64,000 nucleotides of DNA, from contig JAUFOQ010000002.1 of NCBI GenBank assembly GCA_040285855.1, forward strand, positions 2,480,001 to 2,544,000. Reading direction: 5' to 3'. The DNA comes from Eukaryota sp. GEM-RC1. Taxonomy: Eukaryota. Below, one piece after another: positions 43,192 through 57,112 of the stretch; positions within the stretch are counted from its first letter, which is position 1; each line of letters opens with the position of its first letter. The position numbers and the translations under genes are program-made. The notes below the pieces were generated by a model. The model searched no databases, was not told the DNA's origin, and was given only the letters and a program-made list of their open reading frames with translations.

Positions 43192-46100
43192 ATGAGTTAC
43201 GACCTTGTCCTAGACCTGGGTGGTTCTCAAACTACTGTCGGTGCCGTATTTGATGATCGCTTCAACATCATTGAGTCACCTACAGGCTCTCGCTCATTTC
43301 TGTCCACTGTGATAGTAGAACCGCCCTTATTGGGCAGTTCTGCCGAACTTCTTATCACCCGCTATCTTGACAGAGCTTGTTGGAATTTTCCATTTTTGAT
43401 AGCATCTGTAAAAGACTGTTTCTTTCCCTTTGTTCCTGATATAACTGAGGCAGACTTTGATATCTCTATCGAACTAAAGTCTTTCCTTGACCAACTATTA
43501 GACTATCTTTCGTCTGAAAATGGATCACCTCCACGAAGTGTCTTCATTTCTTTACCTAAATGTCTTGAATCCACTAGTTCTCTGTTTGTGAATCTTTTTC
43601 CTCAATCTCTTATCAGAAAAGACCCCATCTATTGCTTATCTTGGAGCTACCTCTACAAAATGAACTCACGATTGACTAACCAGTTTGAAGTCATCTTATT
43701 TCTTGACATTGGCTATATGTGTACAGACATTGGAGTAGTTCAAATGAACAATGAATCTGCAAACATTCTTCTGTCAAAGTCTTCTACTTCGTTTCGAGGA
43801 CAACTTCTTGACCAAGAGTTGTTACAACTTTGCGTGGATAAAGCCAACCAACTTTTCAACCAAGATGTAACTCAAAACAAGAAGACAATGTTTAGGCTAT
43901 ACCAAGAAATTAAAAAAACTAGAGTTAACTTGTCTTCTTGTCCTGAAGTTGAGCTCGAAATTGATTCATTTATTGACGGAGAAGACTTGGAAATTGATGT
44001 TGATAGACGAGATTTTGAAGCTAGACTTGAGGAACATTTATTGCAACTTGTCAAAATTTTGACTAAAGTTTACCAATTTCTTGTGAAAAACTCATTAAAG
44101 TTAAGCAAAGTTGTTCTACTTGGTGGTTTTTCCTATGTACCAGTAATTGAAACCACAATCAAGTCTCATTTTGACTATCTTCAAAGCCATTTGTTTGAAC
44201 GAACTTTAAATGCTTTTGAAGAAATTGCCATTGGTGGATGCATTTCACTTGCTTGTGGAAAGAAAATGAACTCATTGACTGACTTTGCTAAGAAGTTGAG
44301 CGTAAAGTACTTGGTGGAACACAAGGACATCCTCTCCAAAGAAGGACAGAATTGCTCGAACCATCAGGAAAAGTCTTCGAAACAATCACCTTCTAAGTCA
44401 TACGCTAAAGTAGCAAATGCTGATGAATCATTGGAGTCAACTAATTTGTATGGCCCTTTGAGTGCCAGGAATTCTGCAAAACAAGCCAATTTCAACTCTC
44501 CTATTGTAGACAATCGAGGTAAAACTACTAAGAATTCGCTAAGCTCCCAAACGAATACCGTTAGTTCATACAGTGTTCCAAAAGTGAATGCGATTTCGAA
44601 GTCATCCCAATTTTCTGATTTGCACAATTCAAAGGGAATCCAAAACTCAGTCCGACTCTTCCCCAAATCCAAACAAATCGGATAGTCAAAGCAATACTGA
44701 ATTCAAGACCTTGTTTGCAGAGAAGCCGACAGAGCAAGCTGATGGTCAAATGAATCATACTACTGAATTAACTAAAAAAGATCAGACTGACCAGTTGATT
44801 TCATCAGAGTGTGCAATAAGTACAAACGTCATAAACACATCAAAGTTCTCAAATCATCTTTCCAACAGTCATCATTTGGAGAAACACTGTTCTAAGGAAT
44901 CCTTACCTTTACGGGAAACTTGGGGTCCTAGTTCTTGTCATTTGTCTAGAGATCAGACTGAGTCTCATAAGTCATCACCTTGTTGGTTTGATAACGGGAG
45001 TCCCCAGATCCTCAGGACTCAATCTGGCTTCTGCTCAAATCCAATTAACACTGCCGATCGTTGTGAAGCCAAATCAAACACTATACGTTCAGAGGAGAAG
45101 GAAGGAAGAAACAGTTCTCTAATGAATGAGAATGGCAAGAGTTCTAAAACAGACTTACCGAGCTTTGACCTTAGATATGGATCTCACATTCAGTTTCAAA
45201 TGTTTCCTGTTTCGGAACTATTGAAGTACAAAGAAGAGCTCAATTCTATTCCGCTAACAGTTAAGGCTTTGATACCATCAGAAGTTGTAGAGTCAAGATT
45301 AACCACAATCAATTCTTGTGAAACCATGGTGAATCAGCATCCAACCAAAGTCACACTTCTATTGAATGAACTTCAACGAGATTCTTTCAGTATTTGGTTG
45401 ACTGCTTTGAAAGAATCACGTGTTCTAACCTTCTTTTCAAGTTCTTTTGTACTAGTTGATGATCTCCTGCGTTCAAGTTATTCAACTTTCAATGTTTCCA
45501 GAGCATGTCTAAGCTATTGTTATTTGAAGGGAATTGGATGTGAGAAGAATGAAGAGAAAGCTATCAGTTATTACAACAAAATTCAAGGATTTGAAAAGGA
45601 AAAGAATATTATGTCAAGGTTTTGGATCAATGAAGTGCGTTCTTGGATTTCAACTAGAACACAGAAACAAGATCTGTTGAATTCCTATCATACTCTTCTG
45701 GAGGAAACTTCTTTGAGCTCTTCTGTGGAAGTTCTTCTTCCTAATCAGTGTCGAATAGACATTATACATTTCAGAGAGAAAATGGCTTTGATTGATTCCC
45801 AGAATCTTGACTCGAATCCCTCTACTACTCTTCTTTCAGAATGTCAGTGTATTTGGGAAGGAATTCAACCCCACATGGACTTTTTGTCTTCTATTAAGTT
45901 GTTTTTTAGTAGGTTTGAAAATCTGTTAAGCTTCTTCAAATCTCCAGCTTTTAATCTAATCTCTTTAAAAAATGAGTGCAATTCAAACAATCCTCACCAT
46001 TCTGTTCTTAAGTTGTTTACTGTTTTTTGTTATGCTCAGAATCTTGCCAGCCCTTCATCAATTGAAGAGGTCTATAGAGCTCTTGATGACGTGTCATTGA

Positions 46101-47691
46101 TCAATTACTTTCCTAAACAAGATACAGAGTTGATCTCCTATTGGAGGAAAGAAGTAAAACGATATACATCTCAACAAGAGCAGATTCTAAGCAGTGTCTT
46201 CAGAAAATGTATTTCAGATATCAGGCTATTTACTCAAATCTGTAATTCTAGTTTGCTCAAATTTGTTCCCCCTGACTTGACTCTACGTGTCAACTTCATT
46301 CAAAGAACTTTCATTGATGCTCAAAAGAATTTTTCTACCCAAAAATTATCACAGAAGTATCTGTCCGTTTTTAATCTTGAAAAACAGGTTGTCAAAGCAG
46401 TAGAAATTCTAAAAATGTTTGATATTCTAAAGGCAGTGCCCCTTTCTCACTCAATGACATTATTCGATTATTTGACCAATACTAGCTTCACCGTGTACAC
46501 TCTCACTCGTATTCTTCAGACAGATCAATCTCAACAAACAAAGGAAATAGTGTTCAGTCTCTTAGCCTTCTTGTACTTGAAGGGGATTGGAACTTCACAA
46601 GACTACTTAGAAGCTGGCAAGTACTATCAGTTGTTGTCACCATTAGAACAACAGTCTAATGCCATCGTCTCTTTCTGGAAAGAGGAAGTGACTAAGGAAC
46701 TTACAGGTTGGTTGAAGTGTAAGTCAGAGCTTTTGGAGAAATCAAGGTCACTTCAATTACAATCAAAAGTGATTACTGTTCAGTTTTTATTACTTCTACC
46801 CATTCAAGAAGTTAAGCAAATTAAAAATTGGTATGTTAGAGTCAGTCAGTTTGTTAATGATGTAAAGCGCCACTTTTGTCCATCATGGGACAATTTTAAG
46901 GATATCTCCTTGAAATTGGAAAATGAATGGAAAGGGTTTATTTCTCTTTTCTACTGTTCCTCAAGTATGAATCTCTTTGATTTATTGTCAAAAGTTTCGA
47001 AACTAACAATCTTACAGATTGTTTGAACCGTCACTATGCCAGCCAAGCTGTTGGTTATTTTGATAAGCTCCATATCAAATGTTGTTTAGCTTTCTGCTAT
47101 GCAAACAGAATTTTAGTTAGTCCTAATCCGTTTCGAGCTAAGTCTTTGTTTGATGAATTACCACCAGAATTCATTAACCAATCCCATGGTAAACTAGTTC
47201 AGTATTGGATTGATACTCTAACTACAGTCATTGGAACTTGTAGAGTTAGTCAAGAACAATCACTTCAAGTCAACAACTCTCTCCCCTCAGTGAAGTTGGC
47301 ACAAGTACCAACACCTGACAGTAGGTCACCAGGTCATTCTGTTAATAGAACCGGCTATCATTTGAATAAGCCATCCAGGCGGTGTCCAACACCGATTACT
47401 ACCGGAAATCGTCACTTCACTGAAGCTCTACGCTGGAGTGGAATCTATGATCACAATATCATTTGTGCTATCAAGTATCTTAGACAAGCAATTGATGGCG
47501 GAGAATATGATGCTCTTTTATTTCGCAAAGCAGTGTCAAATCGTTGTAAATTGGATGTCATCAGTAAGAGGCATTATGTCAACCTCTTTAAGGAACCTAC
47601 AAAGACAATTGAAGATGCATTGGAATGGTTGTACAGAACTGCCAGAGTTAAATTGAAACATTTTGAGATTTCCAATAGGATAAATGAATAA
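43192..47691 (+). CDS. Degenerate Hsp70/Hsp110-like NBD + Ser-rich linker + 4 helical/Sel1-like repeats (type B-1); frameshifts near 44633 and 46992
   Basis: VLDLGGSQT, FLDIGYMCTD, FRGQLLD, VLLGGFSYVP; repeats CLSYCYLKGIG...FWINEV near 45503, 46018, 46558, 47080; three ORFs join at A runs. Confidence 0.8.
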
Positions 47692-48688
47692 ACAATCCTC
47701 TAGATTCCAAGTTTATACCATTTTAAATAAGTGCAATGTCATTTGAAACTTGAACATCGCCAATGAATTTGCGCAATAGCGCAAACTAGGTAGTGGTTGT
47801 AAGGACTTGGAAAAATTGCATTGCCAAGTATTTGCTCTGATTTTTTGAGCAGCAATGAATTATTGCAATTATGACATTTGCGGAATTAATTGGACAATTA
47901 ATTGGTTTAGGATTAAGTAACCATTTTTACTTTTCAATAAAAGATCCCTCAGTGTATTGTTCTTTTGTAAACAAAACTAGTTATCCGTATGTCTTGTATT
48001 GTCAATGGTAAGAACACGGAGCTATATTCACTAAAGAACTATCAAGTACAGTGACGAAAATACTGCCTCTCTAGATGTAAATTTCAAGAGCTAAATAATC
48101 CATGCTTAGGCAATCCACACCACCAACTTTGCTTGTCTAAATATCCCTTCGACTTCTAAAGTAGTCGCATGAATTTCTGAGTCAGAAAAATGGTCGTCAA
48201 ACACAGAGACCAGTTATCGGTAGGGAAAGGAAACAAAGAAGTTTTTATGAACAAAAATCAGTGGTTTATGAGCGATTGATCCGCTAAAATACAGTGTAAT
48301 TTCAATTCATTTCATGCATTTAAAGCATCTGTGATAATGGCAATTAGTTATTACCCAATTAATTGGTCTCGCATTTTTAAGGCCAATTACCTATCAACCC
48401 GACAATATCGAATCAAATTCATGTCATCGAATAATACTACTGACAAGTACATGTAGTGGTATGTCACACACCAATGTTCTTTACCAAAACTCTTCTTCGT
48501 CAAGCCTTCCCAGATAGGAGCTCCTACATACATTATGTAGGAGCAGTTTTACTAACGTGAAGACCTTGTTTTGTAACGGAATGTCAACCGATCAATATGA
48601 AAAGGGACACTTTTCGTATTTTTTGTCATCTAGAATATCAGTAAACGTGCACACGTTTAGATAGTTTATGATCACTCATATTGTAGAG

Positions 48689-48740
48689 TGTTAGTGTCAT
48701 GACTCATCAGGACTTAATTGTATTGTACCAAAGACCAACA
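48689..48740 (+). repeat. 5' LTR (52 bp)
   Basis: TGTTAGTGTCATGACTCATCAGGACTTAATTGTATTGTACCAAAGACCAACA; matches the 3' LTR apart from an internal indel. Confidence 0.9.
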
Positions 48741-48821
48741 ATAATTATTGTGGCCTCTGCAAAGAGTCTCAATGCGTATGTATACCGGAGCACTTCACTC
48801 CTGGAAACAACACTAACCAAA

Positions 48822-48927
48822 GCCCTAGTTCCGACCTAGGCAAGACTCCTAAGTCTAGTTCCGACCTAGACTCTAAACAAAACCCTAGTTCCGACCTAGG
48901 TACTACCAAGCCCAGTTCCAACCTGGC
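48822..48927 (+). repeat. Four imperfect ~30-bp tandem repeats (CTAGTTCCGACCTAG core) in the retroelement 5' region
   Basis: Core repeated at ~30-bp spacing; reads (P/S)SS(D/N)L in the frame leading into ORF 48992. Confidence 0.8.
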
Positions 48928-49444
48928 ATCCAAGGATAATTCTACCCCAAATACCGAATTTGGACCCGACGGAAAACCTTGGGATGACACGGTGGAGTTC
49001 GACGAGGATCTCGAATCTCCCGCCAACTCCTCTTCCGAAGATGACAATCCTCCCGAGGAAACCATTCACGAGGTTGTAAACTCCCCGGTGGTTACCAACC
49101 CACCTGTCGAGAACGAAAACCCTCCCTCTCCAGGGAAGGCGAATAGAAATACTCCTCCTAAGAAAACGTCTCCTGTCACCGTCACACCTCAGACAAACCC
49201 TGCCTCCAGCCCTTCAATTTCGCCGCTACCCAAGCCAATTCCATGGAACTCCCAAAATCCTAAAATGGCTCCAAAGCCTCCTACCACGGTACTAGGATTT
49301 ACCATGCCTGGAACAGGTCCCAATCTCCGGGTTTGCTAACCACGAGTTCCTCGGCTAAAGAAATTCACGAAGCTGAACGCAGAATGTATCAGAACTTCGA
49401 CGCCGTACAATGGCAAGAGTTCAGAACACAATCTCGTCTCAACG

Positions 49445-52400
49445 GTGAGACTTACCCTGAATACGAGAAAGACAGTTTTCTCCTCAAACCGGCTAAACAG
49501 CTCAAAAGAGTCTACCAAAGGTATTTCAACAACCGAATCAATCTCTACCCAGAGATTGCTACTATTCTCAACAGTCAGGGGGAAACTCTTAGGATTTATT
49601 ATGGACAGGAACCGTGTAAATTCCTTAGTAACCACACCCCAGGCCTACAATCTGCTGAAAACACCGTTTTCAAAAGAACAAGCAGAAGACATTGAGAGAC
49701 AGATAGACGATCTCAACAGTTACGCGGATGTAGAAGTTCCGTCTTACAGCATCCCTGCGATAAACTCCAATCCCTCGGACACTGTCCCACCTTTGGTTGA
49801 AGACGCTCCCTATATTCCCGGTGGAATATCGGAGAATTGTACAAGTGGAATTTCCCCACACTCAATGCACAGAGACCCAGCTCTATTGCCTTTTGGACCC
49901 CGAGACCATGCTGACCTCAACATTAGTCAAAGGGTAGGAGCCCTCTCATTATCTCCAGAAGTTCAGCCTCACACTCCCTCTCAGTCGGATAGTCCTCCCC
50001 CAATTCAGACACCATACTCGGTACTGAAATTCACTGAAAGACTACCTTCGGACATCAACAGTGAGCTAAACAAATCAATCACTCCTCCTGTCCTAAAAAC
50101 TCTTGACGACCCTGACGTCATGATTCATTGGATTGGGGACTACATGAGCTTCTGCTTAGCTCAACCGGATTACAAGCAACCGACCGACAAACCTTTGGGT
50201 CAAGCTACCTTCTTCTTCGACATTGGCCGTATTGCCGCCAGCGACGCTGACACGCGATGGGTTCCCCGTTTGATAGATTTCCGAGTTCAACAACAATTGT
50301 CCTACCTAGGCAAAACAACGAAGGATCACCGCAACCTCTTTATTGAAATCATCCTCAGGACACAGTTCCGAGAATACATTACAGCGAGGAACAAGATCAA
50401 TGAAGTAGTTATGAACTGGAACATTAGAGACCATGAAGACCGATGGCTGGACTTCATTAGACGTTTCGACAAAATCCTAAATCGCAGCACACTGATGCGT
50501 ACTTCAAAAGCCAATGTTTACTCGAGTCTCGAGGAAAGAGTAATCATCAAAGCCCTACTCACGAATGTCGGTATCGCCTCCGTTTACCTAACCCTCTGGC
50601 CGGAGTACAAAGACTCCAAGGACCTCCAAACGTTCTTCGCCGTTGCCCTCGAACATTACAACACGTGGTGTAAGAGATGGGAACACTCCCCTGCACATGT
50701 TCAACGTGAACAGAAGGACGTTGAGATTCTAGTCCACCGAGACAAAGACTCATGGAACGACCTGCCCAAGGCTATGCAGAGATCAGCCACCAAATCTTTC
50801 TCTACCTCCGCCGGTCACAAATCTAGATCATCTGATCAAAGAGTTGCCCCTTCTCCATCCCCTTCTTTCAAAAAGAAGAACCGCTCCGAGAAGAAAGACC
50901 CAGCTGAGAAAGACCCCAACAAGTGCAGTTTCTGTGATTCTTCTGATCATAAGATCATTCACTGTAATCACCCCGACTGCCGTAGAAGTGAACTTCCCGC
51001 TGATCAACGCCTTCCACGATCTGAGGCAAAGAAACCTCCCTCTCGTAGTAATAGTTCACGTAAACACAATAAATATAGTAAGTATCTCGTTCAATCGATA
51101 AATCATATTCACAACAATACATCATCGTCGGATTCACATAATCCATACGCAAATCCACTCCACAACATCAGTAATTCGAGTGGTACGAACTCACTAAGCC
51201 TGAATTCAATATTCAGCATAATCGATCACCAGGATCCACCACCATTCCTCAGTTGCAGTCTGACCATCAATGGTGTTTCGATTCAGGGTCTTTGGGACAG
51301 TGGAGCATCAATGTCCGTAATCACACACGACCTGATCGATAGATGTTCAATGACTTTCATCAACAAGAAGGTTCCATTCAAATCTGCAAACAACGTCAGA
51401 TCTCACTCACTGGGTAGCGCCCAGGGGATCTTGACCTTCAAGTTCAGTAAGGTGTCACACCTAACATCTGTGACGAAGACTCTACCTATCATCCCTGGAT
51501 CCAACAAATGTTTGTTAGGTATTGATCTCATGAAGCAGTTGGGTTTACTGACTGAAGAGGGACTAATCATCCCGGTTCAACAGACTATGTTAGCTCATAG
51601 CAACGACGAGTCAGAGTTCGACTCAAACATATCTATGCCCAATAGCTCTTCTATTATAGACAATACAGATTTCAATAAATTTGTTTATGATTCTGGCTGT
51701 TCAATCAAATTAGATGACGATGATAGAACCAATCGTTTACTGAACCTCCTTAGCGAGTTCTCAACTATCTTCGATTCCGTTCCACACAAAGATGGCATCG
51801 ATTGTCCACCGATGACAATTGACTTCCATGATGAAGAGTCCACGGTGAAACGAAAACCTCGGAGGCTTAATCCAGTCAAACAAAGGATAGCCGAAGAAAC
51901 TTTTCATGAACTAGTACGTTTGGGATACGCTGAGTATACTAATCCCAACGGAAAATTCAGCTCCCCAGTAGTACTTGTGGTCTACCCCGATCATCGTAAG
52001 CCTAGACTTACTGGTGACTTCAGTGGTACTGGAGGGATCAATGAACTTACTAAAACTGTCAATCCGAATCTACCGAGAATCGCAGACATACAGGAATTCC
52101 TGAGTGAAGCCAATTACATAGCCACTCTCGACCTGCCTAAAGCATTTTGGCAACTGAATCTTGCAGATCACGAACGTGACAAGACAACTCTAGTCATCCA
52201 TGGCCTAGCCATTCGATTTAAACGAGCTTGTTTTGGCCTAAAGAACGTACCTGCAATCTTTCAAAACCTAATGATGGATATTTTCGACCACGAAGGCACA
52301 TTCATTTACATCGATGACATCATCATAGTCGCTAAGACTTTCGATGAATACTTATCCAGAATAAAATTCGTTCTTGAGAGAGCTCAACTTTATAGAGTCA

Positions 52401-54831
52401 ACCTTGGCTTACACAAGTGCAAGTTCATAACAGAGAATCATCCTATAACTATCTTAGGTTGCGAATACATTGACAACACTCGTCGAATCGATTCAAAACG
52501 TGTAGAAGCTTTGATAAACATACCAACACCGACCACCATCAAAGAAGTTCGAAGTTTCGTCGGCTCTATCAACTACATCAAAGATTTCATAGCAGATGCT
52601 TCTGACCTACTAGCTCCCATAATAGCCCTAGTAAAGAACAAAGCACGAACAGTTCACTGGACACCTCAAACTCAATCAAATTTTGATGAAATCAAAAGAG
52701 GATAATCAATCACATGCCACTATGTCTACCAGACAAAAACAATCGCATACTGATCAGCGCAGATGCCAGCGACATCGCCGTAGGTGGTGTCGTCTGGCTA
52801 GAATGCACCCTCACTCACCTGAGGGAACTCCACTGAACGAACGCAAAGTAGAACCACTAGCATTTTACCGCAAACTACTCACTGACTCTCAACAGAACTG
52901 GGCCACGATCCAAAAGGAACTGTACGCCATTCTCCTGATTCTAACTGAATCGCAACTGTCATCATACCTTATCAGCAGAGAACTAACGATCTTCACAGAT
53001 CATAAGAACCTCGCTTACTTAATCTCAGCACCCGAAAAGAATAGGATGGTCAAAAGATGGATCCCTATTCACCATAGTCCACACCAGTGGCGAAGACAAC
53101 CATTACGCTGACATAATGTCACGCAACGTTATCAAAGACATACCAACAGGGTCTATAAACAACATAGTCACATATTGCCCTGAGCATGTGTTCTCTATAA
53201 CTGATAGCCTATGTCCTACTGATGAGGATACAGAATATCAAAACTTTATCAACAGAGTCAATCAACATGATTGACGATGCTCTGATCAACAAATCGAAGT
53301 TATTCGACGCTTGGCTTTCGAAAGTACGCTCTACACAAGTAGAAGCCATCAAAAATAACGATCCATTGTTCCAACATCCGTCTACTTGGTTCAATGAAGA
53401 GTTCCAGCTATACATGAATAGCAACAACAAGATTTTGATACCAAGTGCCTTGGTGAAAACCACCTTGAACCACTTACACAGTTTTCCACATGCAGGTCAC
53501 CCTAGCATTACAGATAGCATTGATCGGCTAAAATCTAGTGACTACTTCTGGCCCAGCATGATCAACGACATGAAAACTCACTGCAGGCATTGTCCAGCTT
53601 GTCAAAAGACAGCTCCCCTTGCCAAAACAACTATCAAATCTTCAGGTAATTTGTGGTCCGACAAACCATTTGCAAAGATGAACGTCGACACTATAGGACC
53701 ACTTCATACTGACACATCGGGAAACATTTACTTACTAGTGTTCATAGATTCCTTCACCAGATTCACAATCCTATGTCAACTAAAGGAACTGAATGCTCAC
53801 GAGACAGCATATTCGTTGGTGTGTAACGTATTGTGCCATCTTCGGCATTGTGACAATGGCAAAGAATTTGCTAATCACGTTTTCAATGACGTCTGCAATC
53901 AATTTGACATCACAACTAATAAATCTATTCCTAGTTTCTCTCCTACCAACGGTTTAGTTGAACGTCGACACAGAGACATCCTTTACGAAAGATGCTCATA
54001 GACTTCAATGACTATGACAACTGGAGTAAATACATCCCATTAGTACAACTGCTGGTAAATACTACGAAGAGTAGAGTAACCGGCTTTACACCGTACGAAT
54101 TGATGTTTGGATCTGACACCAGCCCTGGTAGTGATCCAAGTAAAATCATCTCTTGCCTCACTCAGAACAAGATCTCAGAAGATTCATTTCTAGCTGATTA
54201 CCAATCAAAATTAACGAGAATTTTGGAAAAAACGGGAAGAAGCAGAAACTACTCAATCATCTATCAAATCTTCCATTACTACAGTCGACACACCCTCGCT
54301 ATTTGCCATCGGTGACTTAGTACTACAAAGTAACAAAGCAGCTAAGAAGCTACAGTACATGGTAAACAAGAGGGACCGTACCTCGTCATTGATATACCTT
54401 CCAAAAGCTCACTTGAACTACAGAACTTCGTCACTGGACATCGCTTCCGTTCTAGCATTCATATATGCACCAAGTACCTATCTGACAAACCCTCCTCCGA
54501 CGAGTTCCACAAAGCAGTAGCATCTTGTGACTCTGAAGAGATGGTCATCACCGAGATCCTCGATCAACGTGATTCTCCTACGGGTCCCATATGTTCCGTT
54601 GTATGGTTCGATGGTGATACTACTGAGGAACCCCTAAGTCTGGTGAAGAACACTAAGGCTTACTCAAGTTTTATTAAATTAAACCCTCACGCCAAACTCA
54701 AATCTAAACCTAAAGGTAAACCTAGAAGTAGTCGTAATCGTAACTCAAATTCTAGTAACACTCCTGATTCCGTCATTCTCACTACTCCACCTGCTAAGAG
54801 GACTAGGTCCTCGAAAAAGGGGAAGAAGTAA
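49445..54831 (+). pseudogene. Gag-Pol polyprotein of the Ty3/gypsy element, split by frameshifts in the RNase H/integrase part
   Basis: CSFCDSSDHKIIHC knuckle, LWDSGAS protease, LDLPKAFWQ and YIDD RT, DAS...KELYAI...TDHKNL RNase H, H..H..C..C plus VDTIGP/DNGKEF/VER integrase, ITEILDQR...VVWFDG.TTEEP chromodomain. Confidence 0.93.
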
Positions 54832-54909
54832 TGTTAGTGTCATGACTCATCAGGACTTAATTGTATAATAAATTCACTTTATCTCTTTACATGGTACCAA
54901 AGACCAACA
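54832..54909 (+). repeat. 3' LTR (78 bp)
   Basis: Same ends as the 5' LTR plus an internal AATAAATTCACTTTATCTCTTTACATG segment; follows the PPT and the pol stop codon directly. Confidence 0.9.
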
Positions 54910-55370
54910 AGAGTGTGAAATACTGTATTTCAAATACATCAGAATCAAACAATTGGTTCAAAACATTTTTGAATTTTCCGGAACATGGGCAGTCAATGTA
55001 GGGTTAACCTTGCTCAAGCAGAAAACGATCAAATAGTATGTCCAGTTGTTAGCACGTTCGCAATTGTAATGTCAGGTTGACTGGAAATTACCTCATATTT
55101 GTTTATAGTTCTTCATTTAGTTGGAAACAAAACTGATACACCCGCTACTGTATGATTTTCCAAAATGTGTTCCACTCTTCAGTTTCTATCATAGACATAA
55201 CAAGAACAACTGGGACATAGATGTAGCATACATATACTGTTCTGTTGTTATGGTACATGTATTTTTAGTCCACATCTCATGAAATCTAATCACGATTTGA
55301 TTCTAAATGTAATGTAAGGACTTCATGACTATAATCATGACAGCTAACAGATGTGGCAAACATCTTACAT

Positions 55371-57064
55371 TTATTGATTTAGATCTGGCCTCATCAATCG
55401 AGTAATTTTGTTTCGACTTCTTTCAATCGCATCACGATCATCCTGCTCATGATGACGACGAACAACAATGTTCTTCTTATTCGTCTCGTTTCTTTCTTCA
55501 TAGGCCGTGAACGTCAAAACCATAGAAACAGAGACTTTCAAATGAACTACAAATGTCACTTTTCCAGCAGGACGCAGAGGAAGATCTTCCAGTGTAAACT
55601 CCCCAACTAACGAGTTGTCTTTTACGAGACTCTGTTCTCCTTCAAAGACTTGAAATGTGGCAGAACTTTGATTGTCTTCCATCGTCTTGAACTTCGCTTT
55701 CACTGATGCAGGCAGTTTAGTATTCCTTGGAATCAGAACATCCATTTGAGTTTCATTTACTGCCAAGCCGTAGGACAAAGGAGTTACTTCAATGATTGGA
55801 ACAGGACTTGGCACAGGTGTATGATTTTTAGCAATAACAGCAGCTCCAACAGCAACTAGTTCCTCTGGACAAAGACCATGTGTATTATTAGTACGAGGAC
55901 CAATGACTCTAGAAAGACCAGGTCGATCTGGAAACATCTGTTTCAGCTTCTCCTGAATCCCCAACATTCTTGAACTACCTCCCACCAGTAGCACGTGATC
56001 AATGTCATGAATGGTTCTATTTGCAGCAGATATAGTAGATTCGCATTTAGATAAACATCGAGAGAACAACGGATCACACAATTCATTAAGTTTGTCAAGG
56101 GACAACCGGACTGACAAATCTTTGTCACCAACAAATGAAGGTACGAAGACATCAACAGACTTTTTGTTTGGGGGAGCTCAGAAGAAGTTTAGCTGCTTCA
56201 CATTGTTGGTGTAGCCGGAATTCTGCCTTCGTCTTTACTTTTGAGTTTGGAAAGTTCGTCATAAATTCAGCATATGCGTATTTGTAGATAACTTCATCCA
56301 CATCACCTCCACCCAAAACAGAATCCCCATCTATAGCAAGAACAGTGTTTTCTTTAGGAGTAGTTCGAATAATAGACACATCAAAAGTACCACCTCCCCA
56401 GTCAAACACAAGGATTGTCTTGTTCACCAGCTCTGTGAAGGAGTTAAGAACAGCAACAAGAGCGGCTGTTGGTTCCTGGATGGTTCTGACAACTTCAAGA
56501 CCAGCAATAGTGGTAGCGGACACTGTTTCCCGTCTTTGGTCAACAGTAAAGTAACTAGGGATGGCGATAACTGCCTTATTAATAGGGGTTGCGTAGAATT
56601 CAGATGCTTTTTTTCTTGATGTACGTCAGAAACGCTCCAGCCATTTCTGTCGGACTATAACTTTGATTCTCGTCATTAGTTCTCACTGCAATTACTACGG
56701 TAACAGTAACAAACCGATAATAACGGGTTTACCATCAGCATCTGGCTGTATGCTGTAGGCAGAACGATTCTTCTGCAGAGTAACAGATTCATCTGTGATC
56801 CTTCTGCCTATCAGTCTTTTGGTATCATGAATGAAATGGGTTGGTTGAAATTTTTTCATGCTTCTGTGTCGCTTGGCATCGGTTCCTAGAACTGGTGGTC
56901 CCGTAGGGGGAAAGTAGAGTACAGATGGAATAGTCCTTCGTCCTTCACCACAAGGATCTGGTAGAAGATTAGTGAGATCATTTGGATGACAAACACAAGA
57001 TTGTGTGGTGCCTAAATCTATGGTTACTTACTTAGTAGAAGATACCAATGCCAATGACATCCAT
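55371..57064 (-). CDS. Atypical lid-less Hsp70 (type A-4); introns 57018-57045 and 56686-56714, frameshifts near 56610 and 56165
   Basis: Spliced MDVIGIDLGTT, RTIPSV, KRLIG, AIPSYF, QEPTAAL, DWGGGTFD, VGGSSR, SBD-beta IPRNTKLP..KTMEDNQ..VFEGE..DNSLVGEF; ends after one short helix. Confidence 0.88.
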
Positions 57065-57112
57065 GGGAAAAGTTGAGTATCTACAGCATTGACTCGTCAC
57101 TATTTCTTGTCA

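Larger units (their letters stand above)
48689..54909 (+). mobile_element. Ty3/gypsy LTR retrotransposon, chromodomain-bearing, full length with frameshifts
   Basis: TG...CA LTRs at 48689-48740 and 54832-54909, 4-bp TSD AGAG, PPT AAAAAGGGGAAGAAG at 54814-54828, domain order gag-PR-RT-RH-IN-chromo. Confidence 0.95.

Noticed and set aside
48822..48927. CRISPR-like repeat-spacer pattern
   Set aside because: Core only ~15 bp with ~15-bp spacers, lies inside a retrotransposon reading frame, no cas genes, eukaryotic context
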